Shown: positions 57,317 through 64,000 of the stretch, piece after piece
How positions within the stretch are numbered: the stretch's first letter is position 1
Layout of the letters: every line of letters begins with the position of its first letter
Assembly (NCBI GenBank): GCA_944412445.1
Contig: CALYBJ010000007.1
Span: forward strand, 3,825-67,824
Length of the DNA: 64,000 nt
Source of the DNA: an uncultured Clostridia bacterium
GTDB lineage: Bacteria; Bacillota; Clostridia; Oscillospirales; Acutalibacteraceae
Direction of reading: 5' to 3'
Notes under the pieces: model-generated
What the model saw: only the letters and a program-made list of their open reading frames with translations
Told to the model about the DNA's origin: nothing
The model's database searches: none
Translations under genes and position numbers: made by a program

Positions 57317-59275
57317 ATGCGAAGAATATTAAAAATGCTTAAACCGTACAGAGGCTCGCTGATACTTGCCATTTTCTTTTCGGCAGCCTATTCGGTAATG
57401 GAAATTCTGATTCCCGTTTACACCAAGTATATACTCAGCGAGGGAATCATATCTAAAAACATGGATAAAATACTGTATTACGGCGGAGTAATGCTTTTGA
57501 TGACCTTGGGAGGAGTAGTCATGTCCCTTCTGAACACCTACTTCTCCACAAAGACATCGGTCAACTACGCTATGAGAATAAGAAACGAGGTTTTTACAAA
57601 GGTTTCTTATCTTTCACAGTGCGATGTTGACAAAATCGGCGTATCCTCCATGATGACAAGAACCACCAACGATGTAAGGCAGGTTCACGATGTTATACTT
57701 TCCGCCTTAAAGTCAATACTTCCGGTGCCCATAATGCTTGTAGGCGGTTTTTACATGGCGTATTCGGTAAATCCGAGACTTTTGAAGCTGATATTTTTAA
57801 TACTGCCCATACTGCTGCTTATAGTAATTGTGGTTTTGATTTTCATAATGCCGATGTTTTCAAAAATCCAAAAGCTTTTGGACCAGCTTAACTTTGTTCT
57901 GAGAGGCAAAATCGGCGGCATAAGGGTAGTAAGAGCCTTTAATAAGAGCGATTACGAGGACGAGCGCTTTGACGATAAAAACAAACAGCTTACAGGCCTC
58001 AGCTTAAAGGCAACGAGAATAATGTCGTCGCTGCTGCCCATAATCACCGTAGCCCTTTATTCTCTTATATGCTACATAATTTATATGTGCGTAAACGACG
58101 CCGCAACCCCGGGAATGTCAAAGGAAGCGATTCTTGCCACAATTCCTAATATGTATATGTTCCTTGCGTATTTTACCCTTATAGTGGGAGCAATGGGAAT
58201 GGTAATCACCATAGTTGTAACTTTTCCCAAGGCGTCCGTATCGGCAAAAAGACTTAACGAGATTCTTGACGCCGTGCCTGAAATAGCGGATCCCGAAAAT
58301 CCCGTAGTTCCCGATGAAAATATAAAGGGAACGGTAGAATTTAAAAATGTGAGCTTTAAGTATAAGGAAGAGCCTGAGGGCAAAAAGAGAAAAATTCAGT
58401 CAGAGTTTGCCAAAAAGCTGCTTGCAAAGGCGGCAAAAAGCGCCGCGAAGAAAAAGCAGAAGGAAGCTATTAAAAAAGAAGAGAAAAAGACTGAGGAGCT
58501 GCCTCCCGTAGTAATACCCCCTGAAGCGGAGAAAAAGGCGGAAAAAGATGAGGAGGAAGCGAAAAAAGAAAAGAACGCGGCGATACATAACATATCTTTT
58601 TCATCAAAGGGCGGAGAGGTTACCGCTATAATAGGAATTACCGGCTGCGGAAAGTCAACCCTTGTAAATTTAATACCCAGACTTTACGATGTTACCGAAG
58701 GACAGATTCTTGTTGACGGCACTGATATAAGGGATATGAGCATATCGGAGCTTCATAAGCGCATTGCCTATGTGCCTCAGCAGAGCTATCTTTTCAGCGG
58801 AACGGTAAGGGACAATATAAAGTTCGGAAATCCCGACGCAACGGACGACGAGGTGTGGAGAGCCATTGAGATAGCCCAGGCGAAAACCTTTGTAAGCAAC
58901 CTGCCGGAGGGTATAGACAGCTTTGTATCACAGGCGGGAAAGAATTTTTCCGGGGGACAGAAGCAGAGGCTTGCCATAGCCAGAGCCATTATAAAGAATG
59001 CGGAAATCTGTATTTTTGACGACAGCTTTTCTGCCCTTGACCTTGCCACGGACGCAAGGCTCAGAGCGTCCCTCAGGGAAAATCTTCCCGATACCAACAT
59101 AATAATAGTTGCCCAAAGAGTAGGAACCGTAATAAACGCCGACAGGATAATTGTAATGGACAAGGGCGAAGCGGTAGGAATGGGAACACATAAGGAGCTT
59201 CTTGAAAGCTGTGAAGTATATAAGAGCATAGTAGCTTCCCAGATGTCAGAAGACGAAGAGGAGGCGGCGGTATGA
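57317..59275 (+). CDS. ABC exporter half-transporter, degenerate-site subunit of heterodimer 2, with a K/E-rich insertion in the NBD
   Basis: Walker A is GITGCGKST, the signature is FSGGQKQR, Walker B is ICIFDDS and the switch is AQRVGT. About 70 aa of charged low-complexity sequence lie between VEFKNVSFKY and IHNISFSS. Confidence 0.88.
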   Translation: MRRILKMLKPYRGSLILAIFFSAAYSVMEILIPVYTKYILSEGIISKNMDKILYYGGVMLLMTLGGVVMSLLNTYFSTKTSVNYAMRIRNEVFTKVSYLSQCDVDKIGVSSMMTRTTNDVRQVHDVILSALKSILPVPIMLVGGFYMAYSVNPRLLKLIFLILPILLLIVIVVLIFIMPMFSKIQKLLDQLNFVLRGKIGGIRVVRAFNKSDYEDERFDDKNKQLTGLSLKATRIMSSLLPIITVALYSLICYIIYMCVNDAATPGMSKEAILATIPNMYMFLAYFTLIVGAMGMVITIVVTFPKASVSAKRLNEILDAVPEIADPENPVVPDENIKGTVEFKNVSFKYKEEPEGKKRKIQSEFAKKLLAKAAKSAAKKKQKEAIKKEEKKTEELPPVVIPPEAEKKAEKDEEEAKKEKNAAIHNISFSSKGGEVTAIIGITGCGKSTLVNLIPRLYDVTEGQILVDGTDIRDMSISELHKRIAYVPQQSYLFSGTVRDNIKFGNPDATDDEVWRAIEIAQAKTFVSNLPEGIDSFVSQAGKNFSGGQKQRLAIARAIIKNAEICIFDDSFSALDLATDARLRASLRENLPDTNIIIVAQRVGTVINADRIIVMDKGEAVGMGTHKELLESCEVYKSIVASQMSEDEEEAAV

Positions 59276-61218
59276 GCAAGGTAAAAACAAAGGCTTTACA
59301 GACGGAAGCGGCTGTTCAGGAAGACTATCTTGAAAGCAAATACTCCTCTTACCGTAAAAAGAGGAACGATGACGAGCACAAGGTAAATAACGCAAAGAGA
59401 ACAACAAGAAGGTTTTTCGCGCTTCTCAGACCTTACTGGTTTTCGGTAATAGTCGTGTGTATAGCGTCCATAGTGTCAACTGTGCTGAATGTAGTTTCGC
59501 CGGAATACATGGCGGATATTATTGACAGTCTTCAGTTTTCCATTGAGGATTACGCCAACAACGGCGTTGCGATTTCCTTCGGTACGCTGACAGATCCCTC
59601 TTCCATAACATTTCAGCTTGTATCTCTGGGCTTTTTGTATGCGCTTATAGGCATATTCACCTTTATACAGCAGTTTGTGGGAGCAGGAGTAACACAGAAG
59701 CTTGTTTTCAATTTGAGAAAGCAGGTAAACACAAAGCTTTCAAATCTGCCCTTGAGCTATTTCGATAAAAATACAAAGGGCGAAATAATAAGCAAAATCG
59801 TAAACGATATTGACAATGTAAGCTCAAACCTTCAAAACAGCTTTTTAACTGTGCTGACAGGAGCCATTCAGGTTGTAGGCTCTCTTTACATGATGCTCAG
59901 AACAGGAAACATAATAATGACCGTGGCGGCAATATTCCTTGTTCCCTTCAGCGGAACAATAGCCTACCGTGTTTCAAGAATCTCCAAGAAATGGTTTATG
60001 AAATACTGGAACACAATGGGCGCCATGAACGGCCATGTTGAGGAGATGTATTCCGGACACAGCATAGTAAGAATTTTCAATCATGAAAAGCAGTCAATAG
60101 ATGAATTCAAAACAATCAACTCAAATCTGAAGCATAACAGCTTCGTTGCCAACATGATAGCCGGAATATTGAATCCCATGCTTACTCTGTTTAAAAATAT
60201 AAACTATGTTTCCGTTTGTATAGTAGGCGGATGCTATTACATGGGCAGATGGTTCGGAACGGGAAAGGTTATTACAAAAACACTGGGACTTGGCTCCATT
60301 GAAGCGTTTTTGTCATATTCTTCAATGTTTTCTACACCTATTACCAACATCTCAAAAATGATAAACAACATACAGTCGGCTCTTGCCTCTGCGGAGAGAG
60401 TATTCGATTTGCTGGACGAAGAGGAGCAGACCCCCGACAATACGGAAAACGAGCCCGAGGGACTTTCAAAAGGCTATGTTGAGTTCAGGAATGTAAGATT
60501 CAGATATAAGGAGGAAACTCCCTTAATCGAAGATTTCTCCCTGAAAGCCGAGCCGGGACATATAGTTGCCATAGTAGGCCCTACCGGCGCAGGAAAGACA
60601 ACCATAGTAAACCTGTTAATGAGGTTTTACGACATTCAGGGCGGGCACATATACATTGACGGCACTGATATAATGACAATGTCAAGAAACGCTTTAAGAG
60701 AGAATTTCGGAATGGTGCTTCAGGATACGTGGCTGTTCAAGGGAACCATCAGGGAGAATATTTGCTACGGTGCGGAAAACGCTTCCGACGAAGAAATTGA
60801 GGCGGCGGCGAAATCGGCGAATATTCACGACTATATAATGTCCCTGCCGAAAAAATACGAAACCGAGCTTACCGAGGACGGAACAAATATTTCTCAGGGA
60901 CAAAGACAGCTTATAACAATCGCAAGAGCGCTTTTAAAGAACCCGAAAATACTGATACTTGACGAGGCGACCTCATCTGTTGACACAAGAACGGAGCTTC
61001 TTATTCAGGACGCCATGAAAGAGCTTATGAAGGGCAGAACCTGCTTTGTAATAGCCCACAGGCTGTCAACAATAAAGAATGCCGACAATATAATCGTAAT
61101 GCGTCAGGGTTCAATCGTTGAACAGGGAACCCATAAGGAGCTTCTTAAAAAGGACGGCTTCTACGCGAAGCTTTACAACAGCCAGTTTACGGGCGGCATT
61201 CCCGAGGATATAGAATAA
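59272..61218 (+). CDS. ABC exporter half-transporter, consensus-site subunit of heterodimer 2
   Basis: It has GPTGAGKTT, ILILDEATSSVD, AHRLST and the signature ISQGQRQ. It overlaps the upstream gene by ATGA. Confidence 0.88.
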   Translation: MSKVKTKALQTEAAVQEDYLESKYSSYRKKRNDDEHKVNNAKRTTRRFFALLRPYWFSVIVVCIASIVSTVLNVVSPEYMADIIDSLQFSIEDYANNGVAISFGTLTDPSSITFQLVSLGFLYALIGIFTFIQQFVGAGVTQKLVFNLRKQVNTKLSNLPLSYFDKNTKGEIISKIVNDIDNVSSNLQNSFLTVLTGAIQVVGSLYMMLRTGNIIMTVAAIFLVPFSGTIAYRVSRISKKWFMKYWNTMGAMNGHVEEMYSGHSIVRIFNHEKQSIDEFKTINSNLKHNSFVANMIAGILNPMLTLFKNINYVSVCIVGGCYYMGRWFGTGKVITKTLGLGSIEAFLSYSSMFSTPITNISKMINNIQSALASAERVFDLLDEEEQTPDNTENEPEGLSKGYVEFRNVRFRYKEETPLIEDFSLKAEPGHIVAIVGPTGAGKTTIVNLLMRFYDIQGGHIYIDGTDIMTMSRNALRENFGMVLQDTWLFKGTIRENICYGAENASDEEIEAAAKSANIHDYIMSLPKKYETELTEDGTNISQGQRQLITIARALLKNPKILILDEATSSVDTRTELLIQDAMKELMKGRTCFVIAHRLSTIKNADNIIVMRQGSIVEQGTHKELLKKDGFYAKLYNSQFTGGIPEDIE

Positions 61219-61235
61219 AATTAACAAATTGTAAC

Positions 61236-61276
61236 AAATCGCTTAAATCTTAAAAAGGTTTAGGCGATTTTTGTTG
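61236..61276 (+). terminator. Rho-independent terminator after the ABC genes
   Basis: AAATCGCTTAAA-(11 nt)-TTTAGGCGATTT has one mismatch. It is followed by a T-rich tract (TTGTTG). Confidence 0.6.
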
Positions 61277-61321
61277 ACTGAATATACAAATGATGATAAA
61301 ATATCAATCGGAAGTGATAGT

Positions 61322-62221
61322 ATGTTTTATGAAGAATGGATGAAGTATTTAAAGTCAGATGCGAATATAAGAGATATAGTTATTCCGGGAACCCATAATT
61401 CGGGAACATATAAAATGATTCCGGCGGGGAAGTGTCAGAGAGGAACACTTTACGACCAGTATAAGTACGGAATAAGGTTTTTTGATTTAAGATTTCATAA
61501 GGGCTTAAAGGGAAAGCTTGTGTTTGAACACAGCGTATTAAGCGGCAGACCTTTTGAGGAGGGGCTTGCCGATATGAAAAAAATGCTGGAAAACAATTCC
61601 TCGGAAATTTTTATTTTCAAGCTTCACTATCCTAAGATTGAATATCTTTTCCGGAAGGTGGGAAGACCCTACAGCCGCAATTTTGATTATTTAAATGATA
61701 TCCTTGAAAAGTATATCGAACCTTCAAAATACGCATATACGGATTTTGAAAGAGCGGATGAGGTTACGGTAAAGGATATTTTAGATTCCGGAAAGAGATA
61801 CATTTTAAGCAGTACCGACGAAAGGATAAAATATTCCGTGCCGGATATTGTTTATGACCCGTGGCAGCCGGATTTTTACGGCTTGAAAATTGATAAATTT
61901 TTTGACGCCACTTTAAAGCAGTTTGAAACGGCCGGCAGAGAAAAGCTGTTCTGCTATTATATTCAGAGAACGGCAGGACCGGGAACGGAGCTGGGTATTC
62001 GCAATCCCGATTCCATAGAAAAAGATGTTTTTCTGAATTTTTATAAGCTTGCGGACCGGATAGAAAAAAAGCCGGAGCTTTTTTCAAAGGTAAATATAAT
62101 GGCAGGAGACTTTATGACTGACAGTCATCATAAAGTAAATATGATTTTAAAAATGAATCTTAAAAAGGGAAATATAAAAGATGACAGCCGTGAAATTTTC
62201 CTTGAAAACACAGACAAATGA
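61322..62221 (+). CDS. PI-PLC X-domain-like phosphodiesterase (PLC-like phosphodiesterase superfamily), no signal peptide
   Basis: It has IPGTHNSGTY (catalytic His region), RFFDLRFH (Arg) and a downstream FEHS. ATG 61322 has a GGAAGTGA RBS and lies after the terminator. The ORF-track TTG 61271 lies inside the terminator. Confidence 0.65.
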   Translation: MFYEEWMKYLKSDANIRDIVIPGTHNSGTYKMIPAGKCQRGTLYDQYKYGIRFFDLRFHKGLKGKLVFEHSVLSGRPFEEGLADMKKMLENNSSEIFIFKLHYPKIEYLFRKVGRPYSRNFDYLNDILEKYIEPSKYAYTDFERADEVTVKDILDSGKRYILSSTDERIKYSVPDIVYDPWQPDFYGLKIDKFFDATLKQFETAGREKLFCYYIQRTAGPGTELGIRNPDSIEKDVFLNFYKLADRIEKKPELFSKVNIMAGDFMTDSHHKVNMILKMNLKKGNIKDDSREIFLENTDK

Positions 62222-62250
62222 AATTAATTATTTATTTAATTTTTATGATG

Positions 62251-62286
62251 AAAAAAACCGTATCTGATGATTCAGGTACGGTTTTT
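62251..62286. terminator. Bidirectional terminator between convergent genes
   Basis: AAACCGTATCTGA-TGAT-TCAGGTACGGTTT has one bulge. It is flanked by AAAAAAA and TTTTT. Confidence 0.75.
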
Positions 62287-62301
62287 GTCTTAATCCGAGG
62301 A

Positions 62302-63069
62302 TTACTCCTCTTTTAAAATATAATGCCTTAAAGCCTTTGCTACACCGCCGTCCTTTGCGTCGCAGGAAACATAATCGCAGATTTTCTTGATTTCCGGAAC
62401 AGCGTTTCCCATAGCCACGGAAATTCCGGCAGCAAGGAGCATATCCCTGTCGTTTTCGCTGTCTCCCATGGCGATACATCGTTCTTTGGGAACATCTATG
62501 TATTTCAGCATATTCAACATTCCAACAGCTTTTCCGAAGCCTTTGGGAACAAATTCGGCGTAAGATTCATGCTGATACATTATATTTGTTTTTCCGAAAA
62601 GAATGTTTTCCTCATCTGTCAGATGACCCTTTATATACATTTTTGAAATTCTTGCGTCATTGTAAACCGTGTCGAAATCCTCCGGGCTGTGAAGAAAATA
62701 TTCGGGATTTCTTTTTTTCTCGGGATTTATCCAGATAACAATATCCTCTCCCTCAAAGGCAACCTCTCTTGAGTCTCCCATAAAATGCTCCGCGATTTTT
62801 TTAAGCTCCGGCTTGCTCATAATTTCACTTACAAGCCTTTTGTCACCCAGCCTTAAATCTGTTCCTATTCCGGCAACGATGCCGTCAAGAGGAACTTCCC
62901 TTAAAATGTTTTCGGGAATAAAGGCGTAGGACCTTGCAGTGTTGATAAAAACAAAATGTCCCAGGGCTCTTACAAGGTTTATAGTATCAATATTAATTTT
63001 CGGCACTTTTCCGCCGCTGTAAAGAGTGTTGTCAATATCAAGAAATACGGCGTATTTTTTATCGTTCAT
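62302..63069 (-). CDS. Cof-type HAD-IIB family hydrolase
   Basis: It has FLDIDNTL (DxDxT) and MGDSENDRDMLLAAGISVAMGNA. The start is either ATG 63069 or TTG 63078. Confidence 0.82.
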   Translation of the reverse strand: MNDKKYAVFLDIDNTLYSGGKVPKINIDTINLVRALGHFVFINTARSYAFIPENILREVPLDGIVAGIGTDLRLGDKRLVSEIMSKPELKKIAEHFMGDSREVAFEGEDIVIWINPEKKRNPEYFLHSPEDFDTVYNDARISKMYIKGHLTDEENILFGKTNIMYQHESYAEFVPKGFGKAVGMLNMLKYIDVPKERCIAMGDSENDRDMLLAAGISVAMGNAVPEIKKICDYVSCDAKDGGVAKALRHYILKEE

Positions 63070-63090
63070 AATTTTCAACCGCTTTGCTTT

Positions 63091-63681
63091 TTATTCTTTA
63101 AAATCGGGATTTGATGTAAGACCCTCTATAACCTTTTCGTAAAGAGTTACCGGGTTGTTGATAAAGGAATTTTTCATGGCTTCCGCCTGAACAGCGTCTG
63201 TAACATACACAGATACTTTTAAAAGCTCGTCGTCCTTTTCCATTCCCGAATACATTGTAATATCAAGTCTGTACCGCTTGTCACTGAGCTTAGTTATTTC
63301 AACATGGTTTTCCTTTTTTCTTTTTTCATAAAGGAGGGTGAGCATTGCGGCTTTAACCGCCTTGTTTTTTATGTAGACGGAAAGCTCCTTTTCAAGCTCT
63401 TCTGCGATTTTTATTCCCTTTTCGTTGATTTCAAACAGTGCTTCACCGTTTTCACTGCCGGAGGCTTCTATTGCGTTGACCCCCAGAAGATCGTCTACCG
63501 CCTGACTTATTTCAAAGTAATTGGCAATACCGTTGTCGTAGAGGACAGACTGTATAAGAGAACGGGAAAGAGGCGCTTTTACGGTATTCATAATATAGCA
63601 TACAAGAATTTTGATTTTTTCTGTGCTTCTGATGCCGTTTTTCGTATCGTCCACAGGGAAAGCGTCAAGCTTAAAGTCCAA
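63091..63681 (-). CDS. Hypothetical protein (DUF4364-like, probable winged-helix N-terminus)
   Basis: It uses a TTG start with a GAGGTGA RBS 6 nt upstream. The size and N-terminal pattern (KILVCYIM......L....I......NGI.NYFE...A...L) resemble the clostridial DUF4364 family. Confidence 0.5.
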   Translation of the reverse strand: MDFKLDAFPVDDTKNGIRSTEKIKILVCYIMNTVKAPLSRSLIQSVLYDNGIANYFEISQAVDDLLGVNAIEASGSENGEALFEINEKGIKIAEELEKELSVYIKNKAVKAAMLTLLYEKRKKENHVEITKLSDKRYRLDITMYSGMEKDDELLKVSVYVTDAVQAEAMKNSFINNPVTLYEKVIEGLTSNPDFKE

Positions 63682-63692
63682 TTTTAATCACC

Positions 63693-64000
63693 TCAGAGGT
63701 TAGAAAGATCATAAGGGGTTCTTTGATATACAAAGTAGTTGAGCCAGTTTGTAAAAAGGAGAATACCCGTGCTTCTCCATTTCATAACCGGAGCCTTTGA
63801 CGGGTCGTCATCAGGGAAATAGTTATAGGGAATTTTAATATCAAGGCCTTTTTCAACATCTCTGAAATATTCCTTTGCGAGAGTGTCTGCGTCGTATTCT
63901 GAATGACCCGTTGAATAAAAGTTTCTGCATTCCATATCCGAGAGAAGATGAACTCCGGCAGCGGAAGAGTATGAAAGCACCTGCAAATCCTTTATTTTTG
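63693..64000 (-). CDS. metA: Homoserine O-acyltransferase MetA (C-terminal part; the 5' end lies beyond the window)
   Basis: It has the C-terminal MetA signature GHSEYDADTLAKEY.RD ... WRSTGILLFTNWLNYFVYQRTPY. The frame stays open to the window edge, and the ORF-track Met at 63986 is an internal TTG. Confidence 0.85.
   Translation of the reverse strand, partial: KIKDLQVLSYSSAAGVHLLSDMECRNFYSTGHSEYDADTLAKEYFRDVEKGLDIKIPYNYFPDDDPSKAPVMKWRSTGILLFTNWLNYFVYQRTPYDLSNL

Noticed and set aside
58396-58593. Two antisense ORFs (F/S/A-rich) opposite the K/E-rich segment of the ABC gene.
   Set aside because: They are a by-product of the purine-rich low-complexity coding strand. The sense frame is continuous with conserved ABC motifs on both sides.

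Overview
This is a gene-dense chromosomal segment with about 60 CDS and one tRNA. It comes from a moderate-GC, endospore-forming Clostridia genome. Dockerin and cohesin-like modules with AADARLxLR helices, plus Listeria-Bacteroides repeats, suggest a Ruminococcus/Oscillospiraceae-like organism that builds cellulosome- or amylosome-type assemblies (inference only).

The content is overwhelmingly housekeeping:
- Acetate and transport: stand-alone pduL, and a MacB/FtsX-type ABC pair.
- Cell wall: an FHA / SEDS (FtsW-RodA) / class B PBP triad.
- Sugar and surface: galM, and a secreted dockerin-cohesin-dockerin protein.
- DNA repair and precursors: ruvCAB and glmM.
- ECF cluster: ecfA1-ecfA2-ecfT-truA, running on into envelope and lipid genes (CvpA, PgsA-like, DUF2156-GNAT, DJ-1, MltG).
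- tRNA modification: tcdA.
- Aromatic amino acids: a seven-gene operon (tyrA-aroB-aroA-aroC-pheA-aroE/K-aroQ).
- Sporulation: spoIIAA-spoIIAB-sigF.
- A lone tRNA-Ala(GGC).
- Assorted hydrolases, including a GH13 alpha-glucosidase.
- A MarR gene followed by two heterodimeric ABC exporter pairs.
- The 3' end of metA.

I see no rRNA, CRISPR array, transposase, integrase, prophage or recognisable defence island, and no large non-coding gaps. I do not see a clear-cut novel multi-gene system.

The best leads are single-protein architectures:
- a tandem MacB-type permease with a built-in ~365-aa helical hairpin and no membrane-fusion partner;
- a lipase-like protein carrying dockerin-cohesin-dockerin;
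- a DUF2156(MprF C-domain)-GNAT fusion next to a PgsA-like gene;
- an SDR fused to a Cys4 zinc ribbon;
- a ~70-aa K/E-rich insertion inside an ABC nucleotide-binding domain.

All family assignments rest on motif recognition by eye. No searches were run.
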